Assembly: GCF_030144855.1 (NCBI RefSeq)
Contig: NC_082731.1
Span: 26,784,001 to 26,848,000 of the forward strand
Reading direction: 5' to 3'
DNA length: 64,000 bases
DNA from: Hypanus sabinus
Lineage: Eukaryota
The notes under the pieces are model-generated. The model worked only from the letters and a program-made list of their open reading frames with translations. It was not told the DNA's origin and ran no database searches. Below, one piece after another: positions 25,270 through 36,799 of the stretch. Numbering within the stretch: position 1 is the stretch's first letter; every line of letters begins with the position of its first letter. The position numbers and the translations under genes are program-made.

Positions 25270-27310
25270 AAAGAATAAACCACGGAACGTAGTGCACCCA
25301 TGGCTGACAAGGGAAATTAGGGATAGTATCAAGTCCAAAGAAGAAACATATACATTAACAAAAAAGAAAAGGCACACCTGAGGACTGGGAGAAATTCAGA
25401 GACCAGCAGAGGAGGACAAAGGGCTTAATTAGGAAAGGGAAAAAAGGTTATGAGAGAAAGCTGGCAGGGAACATAAAAACTGACTGTAAAAGCTTTTATA
25501 GATATGTGAAAAGAAAAAGATTGGTCAAGACAAATGTAGGTCCTTTATAGTCAGAAACAGGTGAATTGATCATAGGGAACAACGACATGGCAGACCAATT
25601 GAATAACTACTTTGGTTCTGTCTTCACTAAGGAGGACATAATAAGGGACCAAGGGTCTGGTGAGATGGAGGAACTGAGGGAAATACATGTTAGTAGGGAA
25701 GTGGTGTTAGGTAAATTGAAGGGATTAAAGGCAGATAAATCCCCAGGGCCAGATGGTCTGCATCCCAGAGTGCTTAAGGAAGTAGCCCAAGAAATAGTGG
25801 ATGCAAAAGTGATAATTTTTCAAAACTCCTTAGATTCTGGATTAGTTCCTGAGGATTGGAGGGTGGCAAATGTAACCCCACTTTTTAAAGAAGGAGGGAG
25901 AGAGAAACAGGGGAATTATAGACTGGTTAGTCTGACATCAGTGGTGGGGAAAATGCTAGAGTTGGTTATCAAAGATGTGATAACAGCACATTTGGAAAGA
26001 GGTGAAATCATCGGACAAAGTCAGCTTGGATTTGTGAAAGGAAAATAATGTCAGACGAATCTTATAGAATTTTTTGAAGATGTAACTAGTAGAGTGGATA
26101 GGGGAGAGCCAGTGGATGTGGTATATTTAGATTTTCAAAAGGCTTTTGACAAGGTCCCACACAGGAGATTAGTGTGCAAGCTTAAAGCTCACGGTATTGG
26201 GGGTATGGTATTGATGTGGATAGGGAATTGGTTGGCAGACAGGAAGCAAAGGGTGGGAGTAAACGGGACCTTTTCAGAATGGTAGGCAGTGACTAGTGGG
26301 GTACCGCAAGGCTCAGTGCTGGGACCCCAGTTGTTTACCATTTATATTAATGATTTAGACGAGGGAATTAAATGCAGCATCTCCAAGTTTGTGGATGACA
26401 TGAAGCTGGGTGGCGGTGTTAGCAGTGAGGAGGATGCTAAGAGGATGCAGGGTGATTTGCTTAGGTTAGGTGAGTGGGAAAATTCATGGCAGATGCAATT
26501 TAATGTGGATAAACGTGAGGTTATCCACTTTGGTTGCAAGAACAGGAAAAGAGATTATTATCTGAACGGTGGCCGATTAGGAAAAGGGGAGGTGCAACGA
26601 GACCTTGGTGTCATTGTACACTAGTCATTGAAGGTGAGCACGCAGGTACAGCAGGTGGTGAAAAAGGTATGTTGGCATTATAGCAAAAGGATTTGAGTAC
26701 AGGAGCAGGGAGATTTTACTGCAGTTGTACAAAGCCTTGGTGAGACAGCACCTAGAGTATTGTGCGCAGTTTTGGTCCCCGAATCTGAGGAAAGACATTC
26801 TTGCCATATAGAGAGTACAGAGAAGGTTCACCAGATTGATTCCTGGGATGGCAGGACTTTCATATGAAGAAAGACTGGATCGACTAGGCTTATTTTCACT
26901 GGAATTTAGAAGACTGAGGGGGGATCTAATTGAAACGTATAAAGTTCTAAAGGGATTGGACAGGCTAGATGCAAGAAGATTGTTTTCAATGTTGGGGAAG
27001 TCCAGAATGAGGGGTCACAGTTTAAGGATAAAGGGGAAGCCTTTCAGGACCGAGATGAAGAAAAACTTCACACAGAGAGTGGTGAGTCTGTGGAATTCTC
27101 TGCCACAGGAAAAAGTTAAGGCCGGTTCATTGGCTATATTTAAGAGGAAGTTATATATGGCCCTTGTGGCTAAAGGGATCAGGGGGTATGGAGAGAAAGC
27201 AGATACAGGGTTCTGCGTTGGATGATCAGCCATGATCATACTGAATGGCAGTGCAGGCTCGAAGGGCTGAATGGTCTACTCCTGCACCTATTTTCTATGT
27301 TTCTATGTTT
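25270..27310 (+). mobile_element. CR1 LINE, 5' truncated, relatively young
   Basis: Several long ORF2 fragments (DKSPGPDGLHP, DFQKAFDKVPH, PQGSVLGP, SKFVDD); tail ctattttctatgtttctatgtt. Confidence 0.95.
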
Positions 27311-27780
27311 ACAGGAAAGAATGCAGAAAGGGTTTACAAGGATGCTTCTAGGACTCTAGGGACTGAGTAATCGGGAGAGGTTGGACAGGCTAAGGCTTTA
27401 TTCCTTGGAGTGTAGGAGAATGAGGGGAGCTTTGATAAAATTCCGAGGACACAGCTGTGATGAATCCTCTCTGTCTTTTACCTAAGACTGAGGAATGGAG
27501 ATCTAGTGGGCTTAGGTTTCAGCTGAGAGGGGCAAAATTTAATTGGAAGGGAAAGGACTTTTTAAACAGAAATGGTGGAAAATATGTGGAATATGCTACT
27601 AGAGGAAGTGGTTGCGTTATGTGAATAACAACTTTTAAAAGTAGTTGGACAGATAAACAGAGAGGAATATTTTGGAAAGTTATGGGTCAAACACTGGGAA
27701 AAGGGAATCGTTAGGACTGGAATCTTGATTGGCATGAATGACTTGTGCCAAAGGCCTGTCTCCATGCTGTAGGACTCTTA
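27311..27780 (+). mobile_element. CR1 3' end
   Basis: RLGLYSLECRRMRG-like sequence; 3' UTR gggccaaaggcctgt-like. Confidence 0.75.
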
Positions 27781-27869
27781 TCAATCTACACTAAGAACAA
27801 TTTACAGTGTCCAATTAACCTAGCAACAAGCATGCCTTTAGGGTGTGGGAGGAAACTTTGCAATGTGAC

Positions 27870-29990
27870 ACATTCACCTGAAGAACCTCCTGGCACAACG
27901 AACTCCTCCTGTGCACTGTTTCACCCGAACACTCCAGCAAACCCCCTCTCTGTCTGGTTATATAACACTGAAGCCTCAATTCCTTATTTCAGAGGTGTTC
28001 CTCTCACCCCCGGTGGTTACACATTGTCACTGCAAGGTACCAAATGCTTTCCATAAAGTCAATTTCGATTCTGCAGATACTGGGATCCAGAGCAACACAC
28101 AATCTGCTGGAGAAACAGCGATTTCAGCAGCTCTGATGGCTGGAAAGAAACTGTTGAATCCCTGCATCAGGTCAGTTCAAATTAAAATCTAGGCTACCAC
28201 AGGCAGAATGTAATCATCACCAAAGCAAAATAAAACCTGACTCAGGTTACATTGCAGAGAAAAGTTACTATTGAAGGAACCAGACAGACAATATCCATGG
28301 TGCATCGGTGCTGGAAGGGATGAAATAGAGTGTAGCTGGGTGGACTATACACATCACCAAGTGTGCCAACTCATGAGCTGTAAAATAGCAAAAACAGCAA
28401 AAAAAAAGATGAGTTTCATGCGCATGAGTTCAGATCAAATCCATATTGAAGCTACTGTCTAAAAGCACCAAGATCCTTCTGGCTGACTTCATCCAATTGT
28501 TTATCATTAAGGTCTATGCATGGACACAAATGAGCCTCTGTAATCCTTAATCAAGTCAAGTCACTTTTTATTGTCTTTTTGACCATGAACTGCTGGTACA
28601 GTACACAGTAAAAATGAAACAATGTTCCTCCAGGGACCATGGTGCTACATGAAACAACACAGAACTATACTAGACTATGTGAGACAACTTGCTACACTAG
28701 ACTATATAAAACACCACGAAACTACATTAGACTACAGACCTACACAGGAATACATAAAGTGCACAAAACAGTGCAGAGCAGTACAATAATCAATCAATAA
28801 ATAAATAATTAATAAACAAGACAATAGGCACAATAGAGGACAAATTTCAATATAATAATAAATGATGTAGATGTCAGTCTAGACTCTGGGTATTGCGTGG
28901 CTTGGGGGAAGAAACTGTTGCACAGTCTGCTCGTGAGAGCCCAAATGCTTTGGTACCTTTTTGCCAGAAGGCAGGAAGGAGAAGAGTTTGTATGTGGGGT
29001 GTGTGGGGTACTTCACAATGCCGTTAGCTTTGTGGATGCAGCTTGTGGTGTAAATGTCTGTAATGGTGGGAAGAGAGACCCCGATGATCTTCTCAGCTAA
29101 CTTCACTATCTGCTGCAGAATCTTGCGATCTGAGATGGTGCAATTCCCAAATCAGGCGGTGATGAAGCTGCTCGGGAAGCTTCATACATCCTCTGTAAAA
29201 TGTGGTGAGGATGGGGGCTGAAAGGGCTGATTCAAAACATATTCTATTTCAGACTGGAAAATGGGAGAGCAGAAAACATGAGGCATGCAGTGTTGTATGA
29301 AGAACAGACATCACAGACAAATTGTATGAAATAAAATGATATGACCGGCAGGTTTTCAAACCTTGGCAACTTTATACAGGGGAAGCTGCAAAGAGGGAGG
29401 AAGAAGGAGAGAGAGTCAGACTGGGAATGGAGAGAAAGAGTGATAGGAAGAGAAAGAATTGACAAGATGGAGAGAGAGAGAATGGATTGTACCTGAAAGA
29501 GAGACAACAAAGGAGAAGAGAGACTGAAGGAGAGAAAATAAAAACAGAGATCAAGAAAGAGATTGACCAAGAGAACAATGGAGATGGAAATGGTAAGAGA
29601 TAAGGAGAATGAGTAGGAAAGGGAATGATGTCTTATGGACTAGGAGAAAGCCTGGATCGTATAGAATGCCATTGTAGAGCCCTGCACTCTCCGTGAGGTG
29701 CCAACTGATGAATGAATCTCCTGTCCTTTCCCTGTCTGAATTTTCAATGTGACATATTCATCTGAAGATCTCCTGCAGTGAATCAGGACTTCCTGGCACA
29801 GTGGAATCCTCCTGAGCACTGTTTCCTCCATATTGTCCAGCAGTCCCTCTGAGGCTCACTATTACTGAGACCCAGAGACTCAGTTATTATGTGCAGCCAG
29901 TTTGACTGAAGTGATAATAATTGGAGGTGTTCCTCTGACACCCAGTGGTTGCAGGTTATTACTGCAAGCTACCAAATTCTTTTCACATAA
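27870..29990 (-). repeat. Unclassified duplicated module, copy B (inverted paralog of 47825-49200)
   Basis: Collinear reverse-complement similarity, e.g. ctcatgagttggcacacttggtgatgtg, gtaacttttctctgcaatgtaacctga, and the CT-rich tract. Confidence 0.8.
28545..29215 (-). mobile_element. Rex1/Babar LINE 3' part inserted in module copy B
   Basis: AEKIIGVSLP..CIHKANGIVKYPTHP..FSFLPSGK; tail aatcaagtcaagtc; absent from copy A. Confidence 0.85.
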
Positions 29991-29994
29991 CAAG

Positions 29995-30337
29995 CCTCTG
30001 GAAGATCATCTGTATTTTCTGGGCAAGAAAGGTCTCCGACCATGTCCTGCTCCTTTGGTGTCATCAAGAAGATATGGCCACAATCACCATGACGAACCTT
30101 TGGAGATGGCTTGGAAATGTGATGAGGCCCTCAACTCCATCATCAAGACTTCTTTGGATCCCTGAAGACCAGAGGAAACACAGGAGACCAAAGACAACTT
30201 GGCACCATACCACAGAGACAGAAATGATGACCCGGAACTACACCTGGGACACAATAGAGAAGATGGCCAAGGACAGGCAGACATGGAAGACTTTCAGTGC
30301 TGCGCTAAATGCCAGTGGCTTAATGGGCAGTAAGTAA
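29995..30337 (+). mobile_element. RTE-clade LINE 3' end
   Basis: WRWLGNVMR..IPEDQRKHRRPKTTW..TWDTIEKMAKDRQTWKTF; taagtaa tail. Confidence 0.8.
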
Positions 30338-30539
30338 ATGGTGCAGGAGACTAAAATGGACCCAGAATGTAAACTGTCCTTCAGACAGCACAGTGGCATT
30401 TCCCAGAGTGCAACAATATCAAACATACAAAAGTTATTCCCACCACGGGCTCTTTGCTGAAGGAAGAGAAGGGCAGAATAAAGGACAGGCAGACACAGTG
30501 AAACAATCTGCACCTAAACTGCACCTGTTCCTGCTACTG

Positions 30540-32610
30540 TTGGTTAATAAGCTTGACAGTCCTCCAACAAGACATGAACCTTCTCAAATTCAGCACTCCT
30601 CTCTCCTCCATTTCGAATGCACTGCCGTCCACTCTCTCTGCACCAACCCCAACCTTACCATCAAAGCTGTGGACAAAGGGGATGCTTTTGTAGTGTGGTG
30701 GACTGACCTCTACCTTGCTGAGGCCAGGCAGCAATTCTCAGACACCTCCTCATACCTACCCTGTGAAGAGGACCCCAATCCAGGCCATCAGAAAACTGTC
30801 TCGAACACCATCTCTGACCTCATCAATTCTGGAGAACTCCCATCCATTGCCTCCAAACTCAACATTCAATTACCCCACACTGCTCACTTCCACCTCCTAC
30901 CCTAGATTCACAAACGTGACTGTCCAGGCAGGCCTATTGTCTCTGCCTACTCCCACCCCCACTGAAATCATGTCTTTGTACCTTGTCTCCATTCTATCCC
31001 CCTTGTTTCAGTCCCTTCCCACCTCCATCTGCTACACTTCTCATGATTTCAATCTCTTCACTAACTTTCTCTGGCTCTGATACCTCATTTTCACAATAGA
31101 TGTTCAGCTCCTAAATCTCCCATCAAGATTGCCTTAAATCTCTCTGCTTCTTTCTCAATAAAAGAACCAACCAGTTTCCTTCCATCAGAACCCTCCTCCA
31201 TCTGGCATAACTGGTCCTCAACCTCAACAGATTTTCCTTTGACTCCTCCCACTTTCTCCATATTCTAGTGGTAGCCATGGACAGTCTCATGGGCCCTGGC
31301 TACACCTGCATTTTCATTGGCTGTGTAGAATAGTCCATATTCCAAGTGTTCCCAGGTGCCACTCCCTATCTTCCACTGCTACATTGATGACTGCATTGGT
31401 GCTGCTTCATGCATCTATGCTGAGCTCAGCAATTTCATCAAATTTGCCTCTAACTTCCACCCGGCCCTTAAATGCAATTGGTCTATTTCTGACAACTCGC
31501 TTCACTTTCTTGATCGCTCAGTCTCCATCTCTGCAGACAAACTGTCAGTGAACATTTTTTTATATACCTATCAATTCCCACAGTTATCTTGACCATACCT
31601 CTTCCCACACTGTCTCCTGGAAAAATGCTATTCCCTTTTCTCATTTACTTCATCTCCACCATATCTGTTCCCAGGATGTTAATTTCCTTCTCAGGGCATC
31701 AGAGAACAGAGAACTGTCCTTCAAAGAACAATGTTTCCCTTCTTCCATCATTGTTGCTGCCCTCACCTGCATTTCCTCCATATCCCAAACATCCAAGCTC
31801 ACCCCATCTTCCCACAGCCTTATCAGTGATAGTTTCTTTTGTCATTACCCACCACCCCATGAACTTCTGCATCCAACACATCATACTCTGCAACTTCCAC
31901 CATCTCCAAAGGGATACTTCCACTAAACTTTACTTCCCCCCCTCCTTTTCCACATGGATCTCTCCTGACATTGCTCCTTCCCGAATAATCTCTTGCATTT
32001 ATCCCTGCAAAAAGGCTGAAGTGCTACACCTGCCCATTCACCTTCTCCCTCACCTTCATTCACCTCCAAACAGTTCTTCCAGGTGAGGCAACACTTCAGC
32101 TGCAAATCTATTGGGGTCATCTATTGTGACCAGTGTTCCTGCTGTGGCCTCCTCTACATTGGAGAGATCCATCATAAATTGGGAAATGCTTTATTGAGCA
32201 CCTCCATTCTATCTACCGAATGATGCTACCTCAAGGGAGAGGAGCAACACCTTACATTCCACCTAGGTAGCCTCCAACCTGATGGCATGATATCCATTTC
32301 TCCTACCAGTAAAGAAAAATTATCCTCTCCCTTCCTCTTCCTCTATTCCTCACTCTGGCCTTTTACCTCTTCTCATCTGCCTATCACTTCTCCCCTGAGC
32401 ATTCTACTCTCCATCTTTCTCCAATGGTCCACTCTTCTCTCCTGTCAGATTCCTTCTCATCCCATCCACTTGACTTCACATATCACCTACCAGCTAGCCT
32501 CCTTCGCCTACCCCTCCTTTTTATTCAGGCATCTTCCCCCTTTTCAGTCCTGAAGAAGGGCTTTGTCCCAAAATGTTGACTGTTTATTCATTTCCATAGA
32601 TGCTGACATT
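30540..32610 (+). mobile_element. Penelope-like element (RT + GIY-YIG), decayed
   Basis: NPNLTIKAVDKGDAFVVW, YIDDCIGAAS (RT), FSCKSIGVIYC..CGLLYIGE (GIY-YIG), typical 3' terminus cctgaagaagggctttgtcccaaaatgttgac. Confidence 0.9.
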
Positions 32611-32799
32611 TCCCAACAGTAATACATTTCATTTAGTTCGCATCACACATGCCCCAGATGAGCAGCAGTAACTTAGTGGGGACAAGGAGCCCTCAAACAG
32701 TGATCCAACTTCTTTGACACAGATACACTTCTGATTAGGGGTTAGCACTGTCACATCTTTGTCAGAAAATTGATTATTTGAATTTCTCTGACCATTAGT

Positions 32800-33117
32800 C
32801 GACAGCTGAACATTGGGACACCCAATGCAGGAAGTGCTTAGACACCAGAGATACAAAGATAATTATTTCTCCCGGAGTGTGCATGACCTACCAAATCTCA
32901 TGTCGAAAGTTTTTTATTTCCCATCTCCAGATATTTGTCTTGAACAGACCCTTCACCTCATCTTCCCTCTTCCTTCTGTTCACCTGCCAGGTTACACTGA
33001 ATCCCTGTAAATCACTGTGAACCACCTCACACAGAATGGTTGCTGTCCTCTTTGTCCAGATCTCTTCGAAGGAAGTTTTGCTTAAAGTGACGGAGGGGCA
33101 GGTATCTGAACAGTCAT
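32800..33117 (-). pseudogene. Ig heavy-chain constant exon, IgNAR C4 / IgW-like, frameshifted
   Basis: Acceptor tttctcccag then phase-1 DDCSDTCPSVTLSKTSFEEIWTKRTATILCEVVHSDLQGFSVTWQVN, resembling nurse shark IgNAR C4 (VDCRQT..PFEEIWTQQTATIVCEIVYSDL..WQVNG, from memory); second half SGRNNYLC..ALP lies in another frame with stops. Confidence 0.85.
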
Positions 33118-33619
33118 CTGGGAGAAATGTCACAATTATTATTTCACCGTTCCCCAACAGACGAGTTTGTCACTGACAAGACCAGCATTTCCTATTCATT
33201 TCTGGTCAATGATTTGCCAGTCCCATCGAGATGAGATGAGACCAATCATCTTTGGTAAAGAAAGGTATCTTCCCCATTGAGCAGACAGGGTAAACACCCT
33301 AAGGGAATGTAGGTAAACAAGAGTGGCCCTTAGATTGTTTTTGTTCATGGTCACTTAAATATTACCAGCTACTTCTTAAAAAAAACAGCAAATACCCAGC
33401 ATTTCAGAAAGTCTCTGTGGTTGGTGAAACACAGAAAACATTTCACGTGAAAATATTCCAGCAAATATGTTACATATTTTAAAAAATTACATCATAACTA
33501 TAATTATCAACATAAATATTTAAAAGCACTCTTTTCCCTGTTAAGTGTAACAAAACTGCTGATTTATCAGAATGTTGTGTGTTCAAGCTGCCCGCCGGAG
33601 GCTTCTACACATTGTCCGG

Positions 33620-33956
33620 GCTGACTATTCCCACACAGGAGCAGAGGGAGAGCTGTTCTGCTGGAAATTCAGTCACAACTGAGGCTCTAATCTGAAGCTG
33701 GGATTATGTTCAAAGGCAGAGGGAGAGAGCATTTTGAAGATGAGTATCAGGGGTCTCCAGGGTGACTATCCAGTGAAATACTTTGGATATCCTCAGCTAA
33801 GAAAGCATTTTTCAGAGATACAGTTATTTCTAAAGCCAAGCTTCTGGATTATCAGTTCAGACATAATCACACCAGGGCCGCACCATTGTTGGATAATTTC
33901 CTGGCCTGGCAGAGTTCGTAGCACAACGTAACCAATTTTATGAATGGGGTGAGTTC
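33620..33956 (-). pseudogene. Highly decayed Ig C1-set domain
   Basis: PFIKL..NNGAALV*L..EITVS.KN..T*SQLQIRAS..SCVG pattern; multiple stops. Confidence 0.45.
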
Positions 33957-33971
33957 CCTTCCTTGTTTCTT

Positions 33972-35873
33972 TTTAAAAAAATTTTAAAATTCAATTTTCG
34001 TGTTGGTTACATAGAATAGAATAGAATAATATCAGTCCTCCCCCTCCCCTTAACTGCTCCCCCATAACATCTCTATCTAAAAAAAACAGAGAAAAAAGAA
34101 AAAGAAAGAAAGAAAAAAAAGAAAGAAGAAAGAAAGACTGCCTGGACGCTCCATGGAATTCAAAATAACTTTAATATATGTATTCGTTTCTTTTCCCAGA
34201 GGACCAACATCTTTATCATCGAAGCACTTATATATACAATCATATCTTTTGTAGATAAGGGTGCCAAATACTCAGAAATGTGTCATATTTATTCCTTAAA
34301 TTATAAGTCATTTTTGCAAGTGGAATACAGCAAAAAATTTAATTACTCCAATGATCCATACTTAAGTATGAATCCGATTTCCAAGTAACTGCCAATGCAA
34401 TTTTTATAAATTCTTTCTGATATTTGTTCAATTTAAGTTTTGGTTTTATCTCTTCAATGTCACCTAGTAAAAATAATATTGGGTTATGTGGAAGTTGTGT
34501 TCCAATAATTTGTTCCAATAAAGCTCTTAAATTTATCCAAAATGTTGAATTTTAAAACAAGACCAAGTAGAATGTGAGAAAGTACCAATTTCTTGATTAC
34601 ATCGAAAACATTGATCTGATAAGTTTGGGTTTAATCTATGTATTTTTTGTGGTGTAATATATAATTGATGTAAAAATTACATTGTACTTGTCTAAGTCGA
34701 ACATTTATTGCATTTGTTACACTGTCAAGACATAGTCTTGACTAATTTGTTTCATCAAATTTAATATTCAAATCTGTTTCCCATTTTTGTCTTGACTTAT
34801 GAATTCCTTCTTTAAGTGTCTGTTTTTGAATCAGATTATACATATAGGAAGTAAATTTTAAAATTTTTCCTTTTTGAATTAAAGTTTCAATTTCACTAGG
34901 TTTCGGCAATAACTTTGTTTAACCCAGTTTATCTCTTAAGTAAGCCCTTAATTGAAAATAACAAAAAAGAGTGTTATTTGATATTTCATATTTATCCTTT
35001 ACTTTTTCAAATGACATCAATATACCTCCTTCATAACAGTCTCCTATACATCTAATCCCTTTTTGGTACCAATTATATAAAAGTTGATTATCCATTGTAA
35101 AAGGAATAAGTCTATTTTGAATCTCCTTGCTAATAAAGATTTCTTTATCTCATCATCAACATTTATCTTATTCCATAAATCAATCAAATGTTCTAATATA
35201 AGGGTTTCTTTCTTTTCCCGTATCCATTTAGATTCCCATTTATATATAAAATCTTCTGATGTATTTTCTCCTATCTTATCTAACTTTATTCTAATCCATG
35301 CTGGTTTATCTTCGTCAAAAAAAGATGCAATAAATCTAAGTTGATTTGCTTTATAATAATTTTTAAAGTTTGGAAGATGTAATCCTCCTAGGTCAAATTT
35401 CCATGTCAGTTTTTCCAACGATATTTTTGACATCTTACCTTTCCAAAGAAATTTCCTCACACACTTATTTAACTCTTGAAAAACCTTCTGTGGCAGTTGT
35501 ATTGGTAATGTTTGAAATAAATACTGTAATCTAGGGAATATATTCATTTTTACAGCATTAACTCTACCCACTAATGTTATTGGTAACATCATCCATTTAT
35601 CAAGATCTTCTTGAATTTTTTTCAATAGTGATAAATAATTTAATTTATATAAATTCTTTATATCATTATCAACTCTTATACCTAAATACTTTATACCATT
35701 TATCAGCCATCTAAATTGAGCTACTAATCGACATTGACTAAAATCCCCTTTAGGAAAGGCTAAAATTTCACTTTTATCCCAGTTTATTTTATACCCTGAT
35801 ACTTTCCCATATTCTTCCAGTCTAAAAGATAATTTACGCAACAAATGCAATGGGTTTTTTAGATAGATCAAAA
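33972..35873 (-). mobile_element. 5'-truncated L1 inserted in the Ig C exon
   Basis: ORF 35044-35871 (LIYLKNP..YGKVSGYKINWDKSE..GRVNAVKMNIFPRLQY); imperfect 15-bp TSD CCTWCCTTGYTTCTT at 33957-33971 and 35874-35888. Confidence 0.95.
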
Positions 35874-36179
35874 CCTACCTTGCTTCTTGATATGGGTGTT
35901 GGAAGGGGGATGAATCACTGTACAGCTGAAGACAATTCTGTCTTCCACTTCTGTAAACTTGCAGTCAGGAAGTATCTGGCACTGAAAGTCCACCCCTGCT
36001 CCAGAGTGGTCAGTGTAGCGCTGGTGTTGGAGGTGATCACGGTGCTGCTTTTTTCCCAGGTGACTTTTATTTGGTCCCAATAGAATCTGGAGATCACACA
36101 CTCTATTGTGACCATTTTCTGAATCTTGGTCTCTTCCTGAGGTGAAGGCTGTCGGGATTTTGAATAAAGACTGACAATT
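35874..36179 (-). pseudogene. Ig heavy-chain constant exon, IgNAR C3 / IgW-like, frameshifted
   Basis: Acceptor tttctaatccacag; ELSVFIQNP/QPSPQEE..VTIECVISRFYWDQIKVTWEK..TLEQGWTFSARYFL..KW/VFSCTVIHPPSNTHIKK, resembling IgNAR C3 ALEQDLTFSTRSLL..EWKSG..YTCTASHPPS; two frameshifts. Confidence 0.85.
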
Positions 36180-36411
36180 CTGTGGATTAGAAATGGAAAT
36201 GTTCAGAATCTTACTGGAGATATTTCTATTGGTTGTGTTAGGTCAAGACAGAGCATCAGTACATGACAGCTGCATATAATGCAAACAGAATAACAGAAAC
36301 ACCCAGGGCTGAATCATGTGTCTCATATTCTTGTAAGTTTTGATTCACAATAGAAAATCAGAGCAATGTATGTGCTAATTAGCTTTAGAATCCCTTTCTA
36401 ATAACTTTACC

Positions 36412-36720
36412 AGTTGGTTCACTTGAGACAGAGAAGCATGCAGATTTCTCAGCAGAGACACAGCTCAGTATATTCTTTGCTTGGAGATGCAGTGCCATTG
36501 ATCAGTAACAATGAACACTGTGAATCAATGAGAATCCCTTTCTCCATCTGGGCTGAGTTTAATAACTTCACATCCCGACATTCCAGTCTTATTGTGGCTG
36601 TGCCCCTCCTTGTCCCTGCAACCTTCACCACCCAGACAAACTTCAGAAAACATCGTATTCTTTCAACTCTGCTCACTCATACACCTGCACTACTTCTGCT
36701 GGTGCCTGTGGTTTTAGCAT
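36412..36720 (-). pseudogene. Highly decayed Ig C1-set exon upstream of the C3-like exon
   Basis: Clean donor G|gtaaag and an intron of about 230 bp leading to the next acceptor; scattered motifs AELKE..VCL..WNV..GFSL..DQW..IY; many stops. Confidence 0.4.
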
Positions 36721-36799
36721 TCGTGCTTAAAAATGCTGAAGCCTCTGTCTCTCTTGAAACGAGCAGCCATGGTCAAAGTGTATCCTTTATTTACGGACT

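Noticed and set aside
33600-33670. Plus-strand GFYTLSGLTIPTQE resembling an Ig C E-strand
   Set aside because: Opposite strand to the better-supported minus-strand domain at the same place; likely coincidental.
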